Notes under the pieces: generated by a model
What the model was told of the DNA's origin: nothing
Database searches by the model: none
The model's input: only the letters and a program-made list of their open reading frames with translations
Source: Sphagnum compactum
Lineage: Eukaryota
Direction of reading: 5' to 3'
Assembly (NCBI GenBank): GCA_965153455.1
Contig: OZ234493.1
Span: forward strand, 10,902,213-10,966,212
Length of the DNA: 64,000 nt
Program-made: the position numbers and the translations under genes
In this document: positions 26,950-40,480 of the stretch, in pieces
Numbering within the stretch: the stretch's first letter is position 1
Layout: each line of letters begins with the position of its first letter

Positions 26950-28607
26950 AGATTAAGCAATTTGACTTCAAAAGGCTGTGAACCGAACCATGCTGGAGAT
27001 ATCCAAAACAGGGTCTTTACCCTTAACACAGGAAAAAACCCCTAACACAGGGATTGTCTGCTCTTTTCCTTGTTTTGTCCCTTTTATAGTGAACAGATTC
27101 AAGAGTAATAGTTTTGGGTCTGATTCTGCCATTAATTTCTGCAGTACAGATTGATTTTGTAATGGTGGCTAGAAAGGCTAGAAAGGCTAGAAAGGCAGTC
27201 TATGGAGTGATGGTACTGTTTCATATCATATCAGGTTCTTATCCCTGATTTTTATCACATGTGAAATTTATCTATTTATAGATTGGTTCTGTGTGAAGAC
27301 AAGACAACCTGTGGGCCACAATAAACCCTTTAAGATACATAGAATTAGGGCCAGGCAGGCATGCTGCAGTTTCTGTAGTGTTGTCCCCTAGCAACGCATT
27401 CCTTTTCTGGCTCACCCATGAGCCTGGGGGCAAGCCTGGTAATTTTACCTTCTCAGTCAGGTTGTGCTTGGGAGCACCCAAGTCTTTGGGGTCTAACTTC
27501 TCTCCTGTGGAACAACAGACATCTGATTTTGCTCATCCAATCTCTATATTGAATCATCATGTGTGCTATGTGATAGCTAGTGATTAATGAGAAACTGGAA
27601 AGAAACACCTGATTTAGTTCTTGAATGACCACTTGGTGTGCAGACCAATTGCAGTTGATTAGTGTCAGTACTTGAGACTTCCCATACTTTCTAAATCAAA
27701 CTCGTTGCACATTGTTGTTGCCCTGAGTTGTGAAGTGCAAAGGAGAACTTTTTCTAACACATCCTCCATAGGCCAGGGTGAAGTTGACAGCCATACAGGC
27801 TATGGGCAGTAAGACATGGCATTTATTTACTCCATGAAGCAGCCTGGAATCCTTGCAGACATGTTGTGGCAAGAGTTGTGCAATGTGAAGTCAAAGATGT
27901 GAGCACAAAGTCTAGAGTAATTGGCTTTGATTCAGCAACTGTCCTACTCTCAGTCTAGAGCACCTCACTTGAGCAAAATTGTCTTACTGTAAGTTCTATG
28001 GTGAGAAGCAGGTTACCTCCAGGTTTTTCTGCTAACTTGGTCATGCCAAGGAACATGCAACGAGAAAGAAATCCCTTCCTGTTCATGAACACTTTCAGTT
28101 ATCCATGTTGACACAACCATTGCTTGCTTCTTCTGCAATGTCTTGTAACTGTCCTCATTCTATTCCTGTCTTGCCCACAACTCATGAAAACCACTATAAG
28201 CACCACCACAGTTCAGCTTATGCAAGATGATTGCTTGCATAAACTGTCACCTCTAGACACTCAGATTAGTATATAACCAGGTTTATATTCATGGAATTTG
28301 TATTACATACTACAAAGGGAACTTTCATCCCACTCATCTTGAGCATCTTGTAAATAAAGCTTCTAGACAAGAGAGGATCAGCAAACATGGTCATGCTGGG
28401 ATCTAGTTTATTTTTGTGCTGTGCACATGTTTACACATATCGGGTAGGTTCATGAGATTTGCTACTGAATATATCAGTATCTTGTTGTCATTGCATTTTC
28501 CATTTTCATACAGATTCATACAGCTATGGGTTTCTATGATATGAGAAACACAGTCAACAGATTCATCGGGCCTTGTGTTTGTGCTACCACGGTGTGTTAG
28601 TAGCTCT

Positions 28608-30434
28608 CTATTTCAACTGAAGTTGTCCAGAGGGCTTCAGCTTGATGCTCTCAATGTAGAGCTTCTCATTGATGTCATTTGCATAGAATCCAAGCAAATA
28701 ATCCCTGAAGTTGTCTCCTTTGTAGAGGGGCCCTTCTTCTCCAACCAGCAGAGGTGACGGTTCCACTACTGTTCTTGGCAAAGGACTGATGAAGGATGCA
28801 ATTGAAATCCGGTTCTTGTCAGGGTTCACTCTCACTCTATGAGATATACTCCTGTACTTCCCATTGGTGAATACCTGCAAGAGCATTGCACCATTCATGT
28901 GTTATTAGATCAGCCAGCATTGCTGAAGAAGATTAGCATGCTCATGATGACATTCATGATTGTGAGTGGAAAATACATGTCCATAGACGAAACAGAGGAT
29001 TGTTCAGTAATCCCGTTTCAGTGCAGGAGAGAAAAGAAGAATTGCCCATGGATTCTGTAAGCTATGGGTTGATCAGGGATCAGACAGTACCTCCATCTGA
29101 TCACCCATGTTGATGACAAAAGCATGAGGGATGGTCTTGACCTGAACCCACTCACGATACTTTAAATCACGGACTTCAAGACCTCCGACATCATCTTGCA
29201 ACAGGATGGTGATGCTGTTGGGGTCAGAGTGAGGTCTGGCTCCAAACACACGGTCGGCTTCGGGACACTTGGGGTAAAAGTTTGTGTATGTCCTCTGAAC
29301 TGGCCCAAACACATCGTTGAGCTCATTGGATTGCAACCCAAGACCCTCAGACAGAGCTTGCATGAGCTCTGACTTCAACTTGTTGACAGCATGGTTGTAT
29401 GCCTCAGTAATCTCTCTGTCTCATAACAACAACACAACAATTTCATGAGGATTCTTCACTCTAGACTTTCATTGCCTTTTCCTCAATTGTTTGTTTGTTT
29501 ATTTGTTTGTTTGTCTTTCCGATAGAACTACTGCATTCAAGCTTGAGAGACACCTTGGGCAATGATTTTGAGATACAAAATGTGCAACATGTGCTTGTGA
29601 ATTTGCAAGATCAAAGTGAAGCAGGTACTGATCTTATTCTTCTAGTCCTGCAAGTGGTTATATACACAAGCTTCATCAGGTTTGCAATATACATACATGA
29701 ATCTGGCAGGAACTTTGGGCCACTTGCTGGTATCCATCTTCTCCGAATACAGAAGAGTGAGATGATCTTTCCAAGCCTGCTCGTGATATGATGTTGCAAC
29801 TTGGCCCACACCATACTTGAATGGAGCTCTGACATCATCACTGTAGTACTTCATCTTTTCTTCCATGGGCATCTCAAAGAATTCAGTGTGCACCTTCAAG
29901 ATTTCGTCCATGTACTCTCCTGGAACACTGTGGTTCACAATCTGAAACAAAATCCACCACAGCCATCATCACCCACCCATCATCATCAAGAAATTTCTTC
30001 CCTCACACTGCAATCTTCTTCTGATGATCTTGGACTGATGCCTTGTGGAAAGGGCACAATTTTACAAATTGTTGTTTTTTCAGGTCCGAAATACACTCAA
30101 AACCTGACACAGTTTGCATACCAATTCAGGGCAAAATTCATTTGTGGAGGAATAAGACCAACAACAACCCAAAGAACCCAAAAGACAAACATACTTGGAA
30201 GAATCCCCATTCCTCTGAAGCGGCTCTCATTTGCTCCACAAGCTCAGCTCGCTTTTCACCATGCAACCCAGAGAGATCAACCACAGGGATGGCACGTCCT
30301 CCAGCGGCAACGGTACGACATTCCTCAATCTTGGCATTAATCTTGAAAACATCTGGCACTGTCTGTGCTCCCGCTAACTGCATCACTGAGCCATAGTTCT
30401 TCTTCACATCCGCAACTTCTGTAACTGCAACCAT
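28608..30434 (-). CDS. 2-oxoglutarate/Fe(II)-dependent dioxygenase (plant DOXC class)
   Basis: Exons 30434-30195, 29941-29697, 29415-29091 and 28874-28608. Motifs IPVVDL, EEWGFFQIVNHSV, NFYPKCP, HSD (HxD), GDQMEVFTNGKY, SHRV and RISIASF (RxS). Confidence 0.93.
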
Positions 30435-30767
30435 GATTGCTGCTTCCCCTTCTACTTCACACCTCAAAGAAACAAATCTACAAATTTGCCTTAGATCTTT
30501 TCACTTCCCAGAAAACACTCTTGACTAAATGCTCTCGTCTCTCACTCAACTTCTGCAAAACACTCCACAACCTCAAATCAAACTGTAAGATCTTCCTTGA
30601 GAAAATTATGCAAACTCAGATCAGAGACAATTGTGCAACAACAACAACAACAACAATTACTACTAAAAGAAACTTGGAGAGAAATGGTTGTTGGAGAAGA
30701 TGAGTACTGCAATCTGTTGTAAGCAAACTTGGAATGGGAGATGCAGAAACTGGCAAGTGTGAGATGG

Positions 30768-30775
30768 TATTTATA
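30768..30775 (-). promoter_or_regulatory. TATA box of the dioxygenase gene
   Basis: TATAAATA on the minus strand about 335 bp upstream of the ATG. A TTGACC (W-box consensus) lies about 20 bp further upstream. Confidence 0.55.
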
Positions 30776-30951
30776 CGAAGATGAAGTTCAGGTCAACAAA
30801 AGTGCAAATTCTAAATTCAGTCCAATTTGGCAATTCTTCCTGTTCCTTTTGCCTTTTGATCAGCTTTTTACCAACATGACAATGCACAACAGATTTGACT
30901 GCATGTGTCTAGTGCCATCATTCTCATCTTTGTTCTTCAGTTTTTCTCAAG

Positions 30952-31031
30952 CTTTCTCATATGGCCCACTTCTGGTCTTTCTCATATGACCCACATCTGA
31001 TCTTTCTCATCTGACCCACTTCTGACCTTTC
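30952..31031. repeat. 25-bp tandem repeat x3 in the dioxygenase promoter
   Basis: Unit (T)ATGRCCCACWTCTGRTCTTTCTCA repeated about three times. Confidence 0.8.
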
Positions 31032-32480
31032 TTCAAGTCTGGGCTGCCTTTTTTTTTTTTCTCTTTTTGCATTTAAATTACCAAACCATGTTGTACAAAA
31101 ATTTTATCATCTCTTGTGATTTTGTTCAAACCTGAAATAAAGGGCAGAGCCATCATGCAACTAACTGCTTGTTTTGTTTCTGGATGAGTTGATGAGATGT
31201 ATACCTCCTTATTACCCTGGAGTCATCTTTTTGGTTCCAACTACAACTTGTTTGTCTTTGTGTAAAAAGCTTCACTATTTTTCATCACTATTGTTGTGTA
31301 CTTTGTGTATCTCCATGATTGATTGTTTATTTAAAGCTAGAAAGACTTCATTGAAATCAACCTTGGTGGGTGGTTCTCACTTCTCACTTCTCACCTTTGT
31401 GTAAAGGGAGGATTCTTGATTGAAGCTTTTAGAAGGAAGAAGAAGAAGAAGAAGAAAAGAGAACTCTAAAAACTCTAAAGGGGACCTTCTTTTTCTTTGA
31501 TGAGCATGCAGCTGCTGCATGATTGTTGTGCTATCCCACTTGTCTATGGAGCAGCCCAGTGCCCACATCATAATTGCTTTGTTAGTTAGTCAGTCAGTAA
31601 AGCCCATTTCTTTTCTCTGACAAAGTTGGTCTTTTTTGACCAGAAATTTTTTGGGAAAACAATTTTCTAGTGCAAATTCAACTAAGTTTGCTAAACCTTT
31701 TTGGACAAAAAAAGAAACACTTCATTTTTGGTCAACAGCACAGAATTTTTTTTAATTTTTTAATTTTTAAAAAAACTGCCACCAGCTCCTCCATGGGGAC
31801 TCCATGGGGAGTTTTCTGAACCCATTACTTGTATTTGTATTCTATCATAAAATGAAAGGAAACATAATTGAAAAACATGGATTTTCAAGCAATTCAAAAT
31901 TACATATAGAACAGTAATGGAAATGGCATTAGTTCCAAAAAGGAATTTTGTTATTACTTTGGAGGTAAATTTCATTTATGAATAAGTTTATATATTTGTC
32001 AATGGTTGAATTTATCAAGTATATAAGTAAATAAGGATAAATATTGGCATTCATTTTGTTTATAATCAGGGTAGCAAACTAATAGCCTCTAAATGCAAAG
32101 GGTACCCAAAAAATAGAAAGAGGAAAACTCTTTTTGACCCTTAAGACTATAGTTTTTTGGACTTGCCAAAAGAAAATTGAATTGAAAGTTTGTCAATTAA
32201 GAATGATTGATTGTCTTTTCAATGTTCACCCACAAGACTATTTGCTTTTTGGACTTCTCAATTGAAGAATGAGTTGAAGCTTGTCAACTAAGCAATGCTT
32301 GAATGTCTCTTCACATTAGAAGCTATTGCTTGCTTCAAGATAAAGCTCACCAAAATATTACCATTGTTATTTCGGGTGCGTAGAAGAAAGCCTTGAGTAT
32401 TGAACATTCTAAGCTATTTGCTTTCTTCCCTTGTTGTGAGGTGTCAAACCACTTCATCCTCTTAACCCCTCTTCCGATGT

Positions 32481-33278
32481 GAGTGAAAGCACACTACGGT
32501 GACCCCCTTAAGGGTGTTATATTGTACTACTTTTTAAAGATATGCATGTTTGAATGTATCCCACCTCAAGCTTTTGAAAGATTTTCACAATATTTTTGCA
32601 TATTATGTTAGAATATAACCTAGGCAAGAGATTAGAAAAGAAACTATTTCATTTCATTTTATAAAACGGGAGATTGGAATATATTTGTGAAAACAAACGT
32701 AATGTACCTATGTACTCAAAAATAAAAATATACTCCAAAAATAATTTAAATGATTTTTAGTCTTTATGAAAGTTGAAGGCATATATATTGAACCATGTCA
32801 TTTCACATAATATGAATCATGTTTGGATACCATGTGACTAATTTGAAAATTTTCATTTCAAAAAATGAGTTTTTTCAGCAAAGATGTGATAAATGTGTGA
32901 TAAATTGAAAATTTGACAAGAAATCACATAAAAGATGACAAGCATAATTAGATGGGCCATTTTTTATTTCATTAAAATTGATTATTTTAATGATTAATGA
33001 AACCATAAAATTAGTGAGTCAAAACAAGACTATGGCTCTATTATATCAATGTATATTAACAATATATTCATGGATCTTTCAATATAGAAAATGAAATTTA
33101 TTATTTAAAAAAATACTACATAACATTAATTTTGTAAATATAAGCGTTATAAGGCCCAAAAATTAAAATTGATATCCAAAATTAAATGTACCATGTTTTT
33201 GGAATAATTATAATGTATGTATTATAATACTAAACCCAAAAGTGCCCCAAAGGGGGTCATCGTAGTGTGCTTTCACCC
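32481..33278. mobile_element. 798-bp MITE with ~29-bp TIRs and 4-bp ATGT TSD (Sola2-like termini)
   Basis: Left end GAGTGAAAGCACACTACGGTGACCCCCTT; right end AAGGGGGTCATCGTAGTGTGCTTTCACCC. ATGT flanks both sides (32477-32480 and 33279-33282). Confidence 0.85.
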
Positions 33279-34659
33279 ATGTGCAAAAACCTTAAATGGC
33301 AACAAATACAGAAAGGGCAACTATCACAATGTGTTTTCATTTAGGATGTTGATTATGATACTTTAAAAATCTTGTTTAAGGTTTCAACTTGGAAGCAATG
33401 TGGATGCACCATAGGTTGCACTTTTCTTTCAAACTTCATAAGCCTCTTCGTCAAATATTCTTACTTGGTGGTCAAAGAAATTCTTCATTTCCACTAAAGG
33501 GACTTTATTTTGAAAAAAACCATAGAAAAATATGAGGACACTATGGTATGCTTTTGGAAAAGAGAAACCAAAGTGGTGAAGACTGTACATGAAGATGATC
33601 ACTACTTGAAACTTGCTTTTGACATTGCCATATGAGATGTAAGGACATAATTTTTGGTGTGCTTTTGAAAACAAAATCACATGCCATTTTGAACATCCAT
33701 CCAAGAAAGTTTGAACTTTATTCCAAATAAACTATTGCATGGAAGGAGGTGATATATTTGAATTGTAGTTGTCTCCTTTCTTTTCTTTCTTCAAAGCTAC
33801 CAAATATCCAAAAGTACAATTTGTTTACATTCATCTCATGAAACATAACTCGTTCCAAATATCAAATCCTAGTCATAAGATAGATTACATATTTTCATAT
33901 AAGTAAAAAATTTGCAAATTTGTGGAAAAGTTTTAAATCAATAATATGATTGAATGCGCGGTCATGGATGAATATCAAATATAGTGCATTCACCTTTAGC
34001 TTATTCAAATTTATTTGTTGTGAAAATAGATCCATCCGCAAATGTGACATGTGGCCTTCTATCAATGTCTATCACATCTAAAATAGTCTTCAAGTTATTT
34101 TCCATCACCAATCATAACCATGCAATACTGAACAATGCAAAAGTGAAAATCAATTAAATGTTATCACACAAGTCGATCCTTGTGATAGGCTTAACAAAGA
34201 TGATCATATTTCTTTAATAACCCTTTTGCATACACCTATATCTTGTGCATATTTACAAGTTTAAATTACCTAAATCTTGAACTTCATCCAAATTATAGTT
34301 TACAAACCATTACAAATTACTAATGAAACTATTCCAAGTTTATAAAATCAAACTCTTATACATGTGATTTTCATGAAGTTGTTTCATTATCTCTAAATGA
34401 AAGAAAACATTTGCTCACAAGAAAAGCACAATGAACAACTTAATTAGAATATTAATTGAAGGAATCTATCCTAGATTGATTTGACTGTTTTGGGTACAAT
34501 AGTCAAGCTAATGGCCTATCTAGTTGTTATCTTATCAAAACTTGGGTTTTTGCATTGTTGCGCACTATCGACAATGATTGATTGATTGAAAAAAAATGAG
34601 TTGCTCTTGTCAAAATTAAGTCCCATTCAAATAAAAATATTGAATGACATTGCACGAAT

Positions 34660-34900
34660 TGAATACAACTTTTATTGAATTAAGTCAAGTGAAACTAAAT
34701 TCAATCAAATTCAAAAGAATTCAATTCAATTCAAATACATTGAATGGAATTCAAATTCATAAATTGAATTGAATTGAACACAATAACATATTATTCTACA
34801 TTTGATAAGGTTAATGTTTTCATTGAAATTGGATTGAAATTGATTAAATTGGGTCAAATTAAAATAAATTGAATTGACTTTAAAAAAAATTCATAATTTG
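34660..34900. repeat. (GAATT/AATTC)n-like degenerate simple repeat
   Basis: Runs such as GAATTCAATTCAATTCAA and AATTGAATTGAATTGAA occur in both orientations. Confidence 0.6.
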
Positions 34901-36022
34901 GTCAAATTTCAACTCAACCATATTATGAAAATGCACATGTTAATTTGCATTTTCATACCAATGTAACTAGGTTGATGAAAGAAGTGAGATAGTTAATTTC
35001 ATAATTATGAAGTTGATGACCATATACAATTGTCAAGTAAAAACTTAAAGTTGTTTTATCTAAACCAACTCAAACGAATCATGGTCATTAGAATTTGACT
35101 GGAATAATAAAAAATTGGTGGGCAAGGGGGAGGGGGGTATGGAGGGTGATTTTTTGATGTGATCAAAGTGACAAATCAATGATAAGAAGATTTAAACAAA
35201 ATTTGGTGGTAAAAGATGTATGAAAATAAAAATATTTAGACATCATTTCATAGTTTTGGTTACCTTCCAATAAATTTTGGTTAGAAATTTAAAATTTTCT
35301 TTTTTAAAAAAAATTTGGAAATTGAAAAATCCCCAAAAATGCTTGTTAAAAAGGGGGGAAAAAAATTAATTGAAGTTTTGTGCCTTTGGTAGTGATTGGA
35401 CTATTGAATTGGCAAGTTTCTAAAAAATTTACAAGATACTTAATTCTAAAATGATGAGAAATTTGTATATTAAATAGTTTTTCCTTGGCACACGCTACCT
35501 TTATTGAAATATTTTCAATAGTTCTTCAAGGAGTTTTGTGCCGCCCATTGGCAACTCCCAAACTTGAGAGGAGCCTGCAAAACAACACCAACAATTAGGC
35601 ACTAACTTAAAAGGTAGATTGGGTGAATGGCAAATTTGAACACAAGATTGAACTCAATTGAAATTAATGGAAGTGGACTTATAGTTTCAACTCAAGGTTG
35701 CAAAGAAATTGGATGGCGCACTTTCGTTTCCTTACATGTGCCTACCAAGAGTGCGAGGTCCTCGAATGACCTTACACTTGGGTGGCTTGAAAATTCCTTC
35801 GAATAGCTCTTTGACCTTTTTAAGGTCTGGCTTGAACAAATGTTTATTCATTGGTGGCCTCCATATACTATCACTAGAGTTGGAACACCAACAACATGTA
35901 TGACCCCCTTGCATTTGTCTATAAGAGGAAGTGTTGTAGCCTCAACATCTGACCCTTGAACTTTTTGGGCTTCTCCAAGTTGGGCCACATATTTGTGCAC
36001 CACCATAGCCAAGTCCACATTG

Positions 36023-37150
36023 CTTCAAGACCAAGTTCTCAAGTGTTGCCTGCAAGACTCAAAAATTCCCATAGTGCTACAAGAAATGCATGAAGGAATC
36101 GGTGGTGGACATTTCTCCTCAAAAATCACAATTTGCAAGATTTTGGACACAAAGTATTGGTGGCCAATAATGCACAAAGATGTTCCCCAATATTGCCAAA
36201 CTTGTGACAATTGTCAGCGAATAAGGAATTCAACAAGCGAAATTGGTAACATCCTTACCGGCAGAACCCTTCATGAAATGGGGATTGGATTTCATAGGCC
36301 CAATCAAACCCATAAGCACGTATACTGGAAATAAGTACATTCTAGTAGCTATCGATTATGCCACCAAGTGGGTGGAAGCAAAGGCACTACACACAAATAT
36401 AACAGCTGTGATGGCAAAATTCATTTACAAATTCATTCTTACATGATTTGGATGTCCCCTTACTTTGGTAAATGATCATTGAACCCACTTTATTAACGAG
36501 GCCATTGAAATTCTTACAAATCATTTTTTGTTACAACATATAACCTCGACCACTTATTACATGCAAGGTAATGGACATGCAAAATCCACCAACAAAATGA
36601 TTGGTTCATTGCTTACTAAGTTGGTGAATGAAAATCACACCGATTGGGACAAGCACCTACACACAGTTTTGTATGCTTATCGCACAACATTCAAGGTAAC
36701 CACTATACACACTCTGTTTCAGCTAGTTTATGGCCTTTATCCTTTGATGTCAACGAAATATCTACTACCCACGAGCAATTCACATCCTGGCCGAGATTTT
36801 TCTCCTACCTGTATCTTAACCAGTTGGATGAAACCTGCCAAGAGGTAGCAGATAGGACCGGTACAAGGCAATGGAACACAACATTATGGGCACAACAAAA
36901 CCACAAAATAAAAACGTTTTCTAAGGGGGACACAGTTCTTTGGTTCCCAAAGGGTAGAAAGGAACACACTGGAATTTTTATAAAATGTTGGTTTGGCCCA
37001 TATAAAATATAGTATTGTCTCCCCAACAATATTGTACTATTCATCAATATCAACAAGTTCGAACCAAATCCCATTTTGGTGAACATTAACAAGTTGAAAC
37101 CTTACCGATATTTGGGACAAACTCTTAGAGGATTAGAAGCTACCATCGAA
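36023..37150 (+). pseudogene. Ty3/gypsy integrase (HHCC, rve core, GPY/F) with frameshifts
   Basis: [88 protein letters not shown] and WFGPYKI. Confidence 0.92.
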
Positions 37151-37699
37151 GGGGGAGGAAAGCACGAGGAGGACTCAAGAGAAGATGTTTAGGATGAAGT
37201 GGACTCAAAGAACAAGGAGGACTCAGTTTGCAAGGACTTAAGAGAAAAAGTTTCAATAAAGACGAACCGAAAAATTGGAATTCCACCGAAAGAGATAGAA
37301 ATTCCGGTTTAGCGATAAATTCCAACTTGGAATCAACTAGGACCCATTCTTGCTGGGAATAGTCGATGATAGACTCCACCCCAAAATCAGTAGGGGTAGA
37401 TTTTGAACTTTTCAAGGTGGAAGCCTCAAGGGTTGATTTTAGTTTGGAATCTGCACATTAAGATTCTATCTTAGAATTATGTAAGGGTAATCATGATCAA
37501 CTGTGTTTTCATCCAAATCAACGAAACGACACTAAAGGGACAAAAATCCATTTGTACTTTCGAAACGGTTTGTATAACCGGCATTGGGTTTAGGCATTCA
37601 AACTTCGGTATAAAATAGAGAACTGTTCATTCAATGTTTCCTCTTTTTTTTCAATATTGTTATGTTGCAAGAATTTTTACCGATTCATTGTTGGTGAAG

Positions 37700-40480
37700 A
37701 TGAGGGGAAGCATTAACAAAGAGATGGCAGAGAAATTGAAAAAGAAAGAGAGTTTAGAATCTGAACTGGGCGGCAGCCAAGCTGCACCAAAGTCGTGAGG
37801 ACAAAAAGAGAAAACAATGGTTGTGATTCTTTTGGTAAAAGAAAGATAATCTTTTTGGAAATGGAAAAATTTCAAAGGTGAACAGTCAATAGAGATTTGG
37901 AGTGGGTTCAACACATTGGCATTTCCAGTTTACTGGACATGCTGTTGAGTTTGATCTAACCACTAGTGAATGAATTTTTCTAGGCCATTACTCGATTCAA
38001 TTTAAAAATTATATAATTGGTTGTGTAAGGAGTTCTATTTTTTATAATTGAAAAGATTGTGGTGGAAATGTTCTAGCTGCTGGAAATAAGCCTCGGCAAA
38101 CTATCGACTAAACCTACCAAGGAGAAGGAGAAAGAAAAGGAGGCAACCCTTTACCGAAAATTTGCGCCACCAAAAACACTTGTAGGGAAGGTTGGAAGGT
38201 TTCCCTTTTGAAGGGAATGTATGCATCTAAATTATTAGCATTAATACAAGTAATTTGGTTGAAGGCCAGTCGATTCACCTATTTGGCAAAAAAACTAATG
38301 AGTTTTGTGGTGTTGGTCGAGTAGGGAATGAAGGTGAACTGGTTTGTTGTAGTCTTCAATAACCTCTATAGCAAGTTGTGAAATTTTTCTGTGCCAACAA
38401 AACTCGGTGCAAGTAAGGACAACACTAAATTTAGAGCTACCCAAGTGGTTGACATCCTACTCCAATATTAATTCTCAGTAGACCTTACTCTCATTCTACC
38501 GAAATCAGACAAGGAGGAAGAAGGAATTGCCAAACCTCAACTGGAAGCTTAGGCTGCAGGAACCAGTAGAGTTTCAAGAGCACATTTCTGGCACACCCCC
38601 ATTGATGTCGATGAGGAGATGGAGTACGTTGAGGAAATTGGTGGGATGAGTACCCAACCGGAAACCTTGAGGTAATAAAAAATATCACTAACGTTGTTCT
38701 CCGCATTGCAATCCTATAATTTGGGACAGCTTCGTCTTCAAAATCCTATACCATCTCTAAGGAAATGCATCCTGACAAAACGGTCATTAGAAGCGTCAAG
38801 TCCCCGGAAGAAGGGAAGAACACAAAATCCGAGTTCGGAATGAATTCAATAAGTTTTTGGTAGTTAGAGGGAGAGGCGATTCCAATAGGCAACTTACTGA
38901 AAATGGATATTCCACCAGATTATTTTTCCGGTGGAAACCTTGTACATAATTCAAGTGAAACAGCTAAGGAATGCCACCCTATTGATACTTCATTTTCGGT
39001 ATGGGGTGGACTTTTTTCTCCACTAACTAAAATCGAAAGGGTCTTAATTTGTTCGGTTTTGTTTTCACTAAAGGATTTGGAAAACCACCTACTTTGATTG
39101 AAAGAATTTGCTTAGACAATGGGTAACATCTTCAATAGTGTTTTGGTTGGCCATAACTGAAAAGGAGCTTGCAGAAGGAATGTTGCAGAAGAACTTATAG
39201 GAATTAACACGTTTGAAATGACAACTACTGCAACTATAAAATTCTAACCAATAGGACGCCCTTACCATACAACATTTGCAAATGGAGCTACACAAACCTA
39301 GAAGACATAAGAAAGAGAATCCTTGAGATGAAAAGTTAATGAGTTACCAGATCTCCACAAATGCCTTACCAAAATTGGTAAGATGTTGGGCACCATCGAT
39401 TTAGAACGAGCCAAGCTCAAGGAGGCTTTGGAGCAGGAGCAAGCCAATTGGAAGATGATGGAGTACAAGCAGGCCAATCAGAAGGCAATGGAGTATAAGC
39501 AAGCCAATTGGAAGGTGATGGAGTAGTTGGTAACCCTTACCGATAAATTGTTTGTTTTGGCCAAAGGGAGGGTAGAATGGTTGGAGGAGCAAAATGAGGC
39601 GCTTACCGAAACTGTGCAAAAGCAGCAAGTGGAGTTGCAGCAATCAATCAAAAAAATCCAATGGCTACAACAAGATTTGGAGGAGGTCTAACAAAATCTT
39701 GGTGTGGTTCATGAGGAGTTGAATACACTAGCAAAGGAAATGAGGGTGTTTAAGCAAAAAGCAAAGCTCGTAGACCTCTACCACTACCAAATGGAGGAGT
39801 TTGACAATTTGAAGATGGAACATGCTTTTATGAAAGCCAAATTTCTCATATATCAAAAGAGGAGCAAGAAGAGCCAAGCCAAGCAATGGGAGTTATATAA
39901 GGAAAAAATTAGTGAGATCGTCTAGGAAGCATTCAAGTCCTACTGAAAAGATGAAAAGTTGTACTAGTTGCACATTGAGACTTATCGACGTGATGCCACA
40001 TTTAGTGATGTTGCTTTTCAAACCTAACAAAGTGTAAACCCTTTCTATGTCTGCATTGGAATTTAGTTCACAGAGGAGTGAGGAACAGAGTGAAGGCAAT
40101 AAGATGGAGGTCGATTCGGTGGTCGCACCGGAACCATGGCCTACAAAATTGGAAGTAACTTCCGATACATGGATACTTTTCAATACTGCAAATGGTTTGG
40201 TGAAACCAAAGGTGTTGCACCTATTCCAGCTGCTGTGCATGCCGGAATTGTAGCACATTTCAGTGAAACAACCGATCCTACACTTTCAAAAATGATAGTT
40301 AAGGAGGAGCGAGAAAATCCGATGGTAGAAATCAGTGTGGAAGGAGGGACTTTGATTCCAGCACAATTGAAACCAATTGCAGCCCTTGCTGTCACTACAC
40401 CAAGTTTTGAGAACACAACGATAGATCCAAGAGTAGATGTCAAGCTAGAGGAAACAAAGGCCACAAATATGGAAGAATAG
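37700..40480 (+). pseudogene. Decayed extra ORF of the retrotransposon (transposon-protein-like N-terminal part plus coiled coil)
   Basis: ATG 37700 (MRGSINKEMAEKLKKK). Interrupted segments WVQHIGISSLLDM..PLVNEFF and GMKVNWFVVVFNNLYSKL. Coiled-coil stretch at 39150-39930 containing a 30-bp x3 repeat. Ends KLEETKATNMEE* at 40480. Confidence 0.6.

Noticed and set aside
27167..27196. (GGCTAGAAA)x3 in the TyrRS 3' region and (TG)n near 2318-2337
   Set aside because: These are ordinary short tandem repeats with no sign of function.
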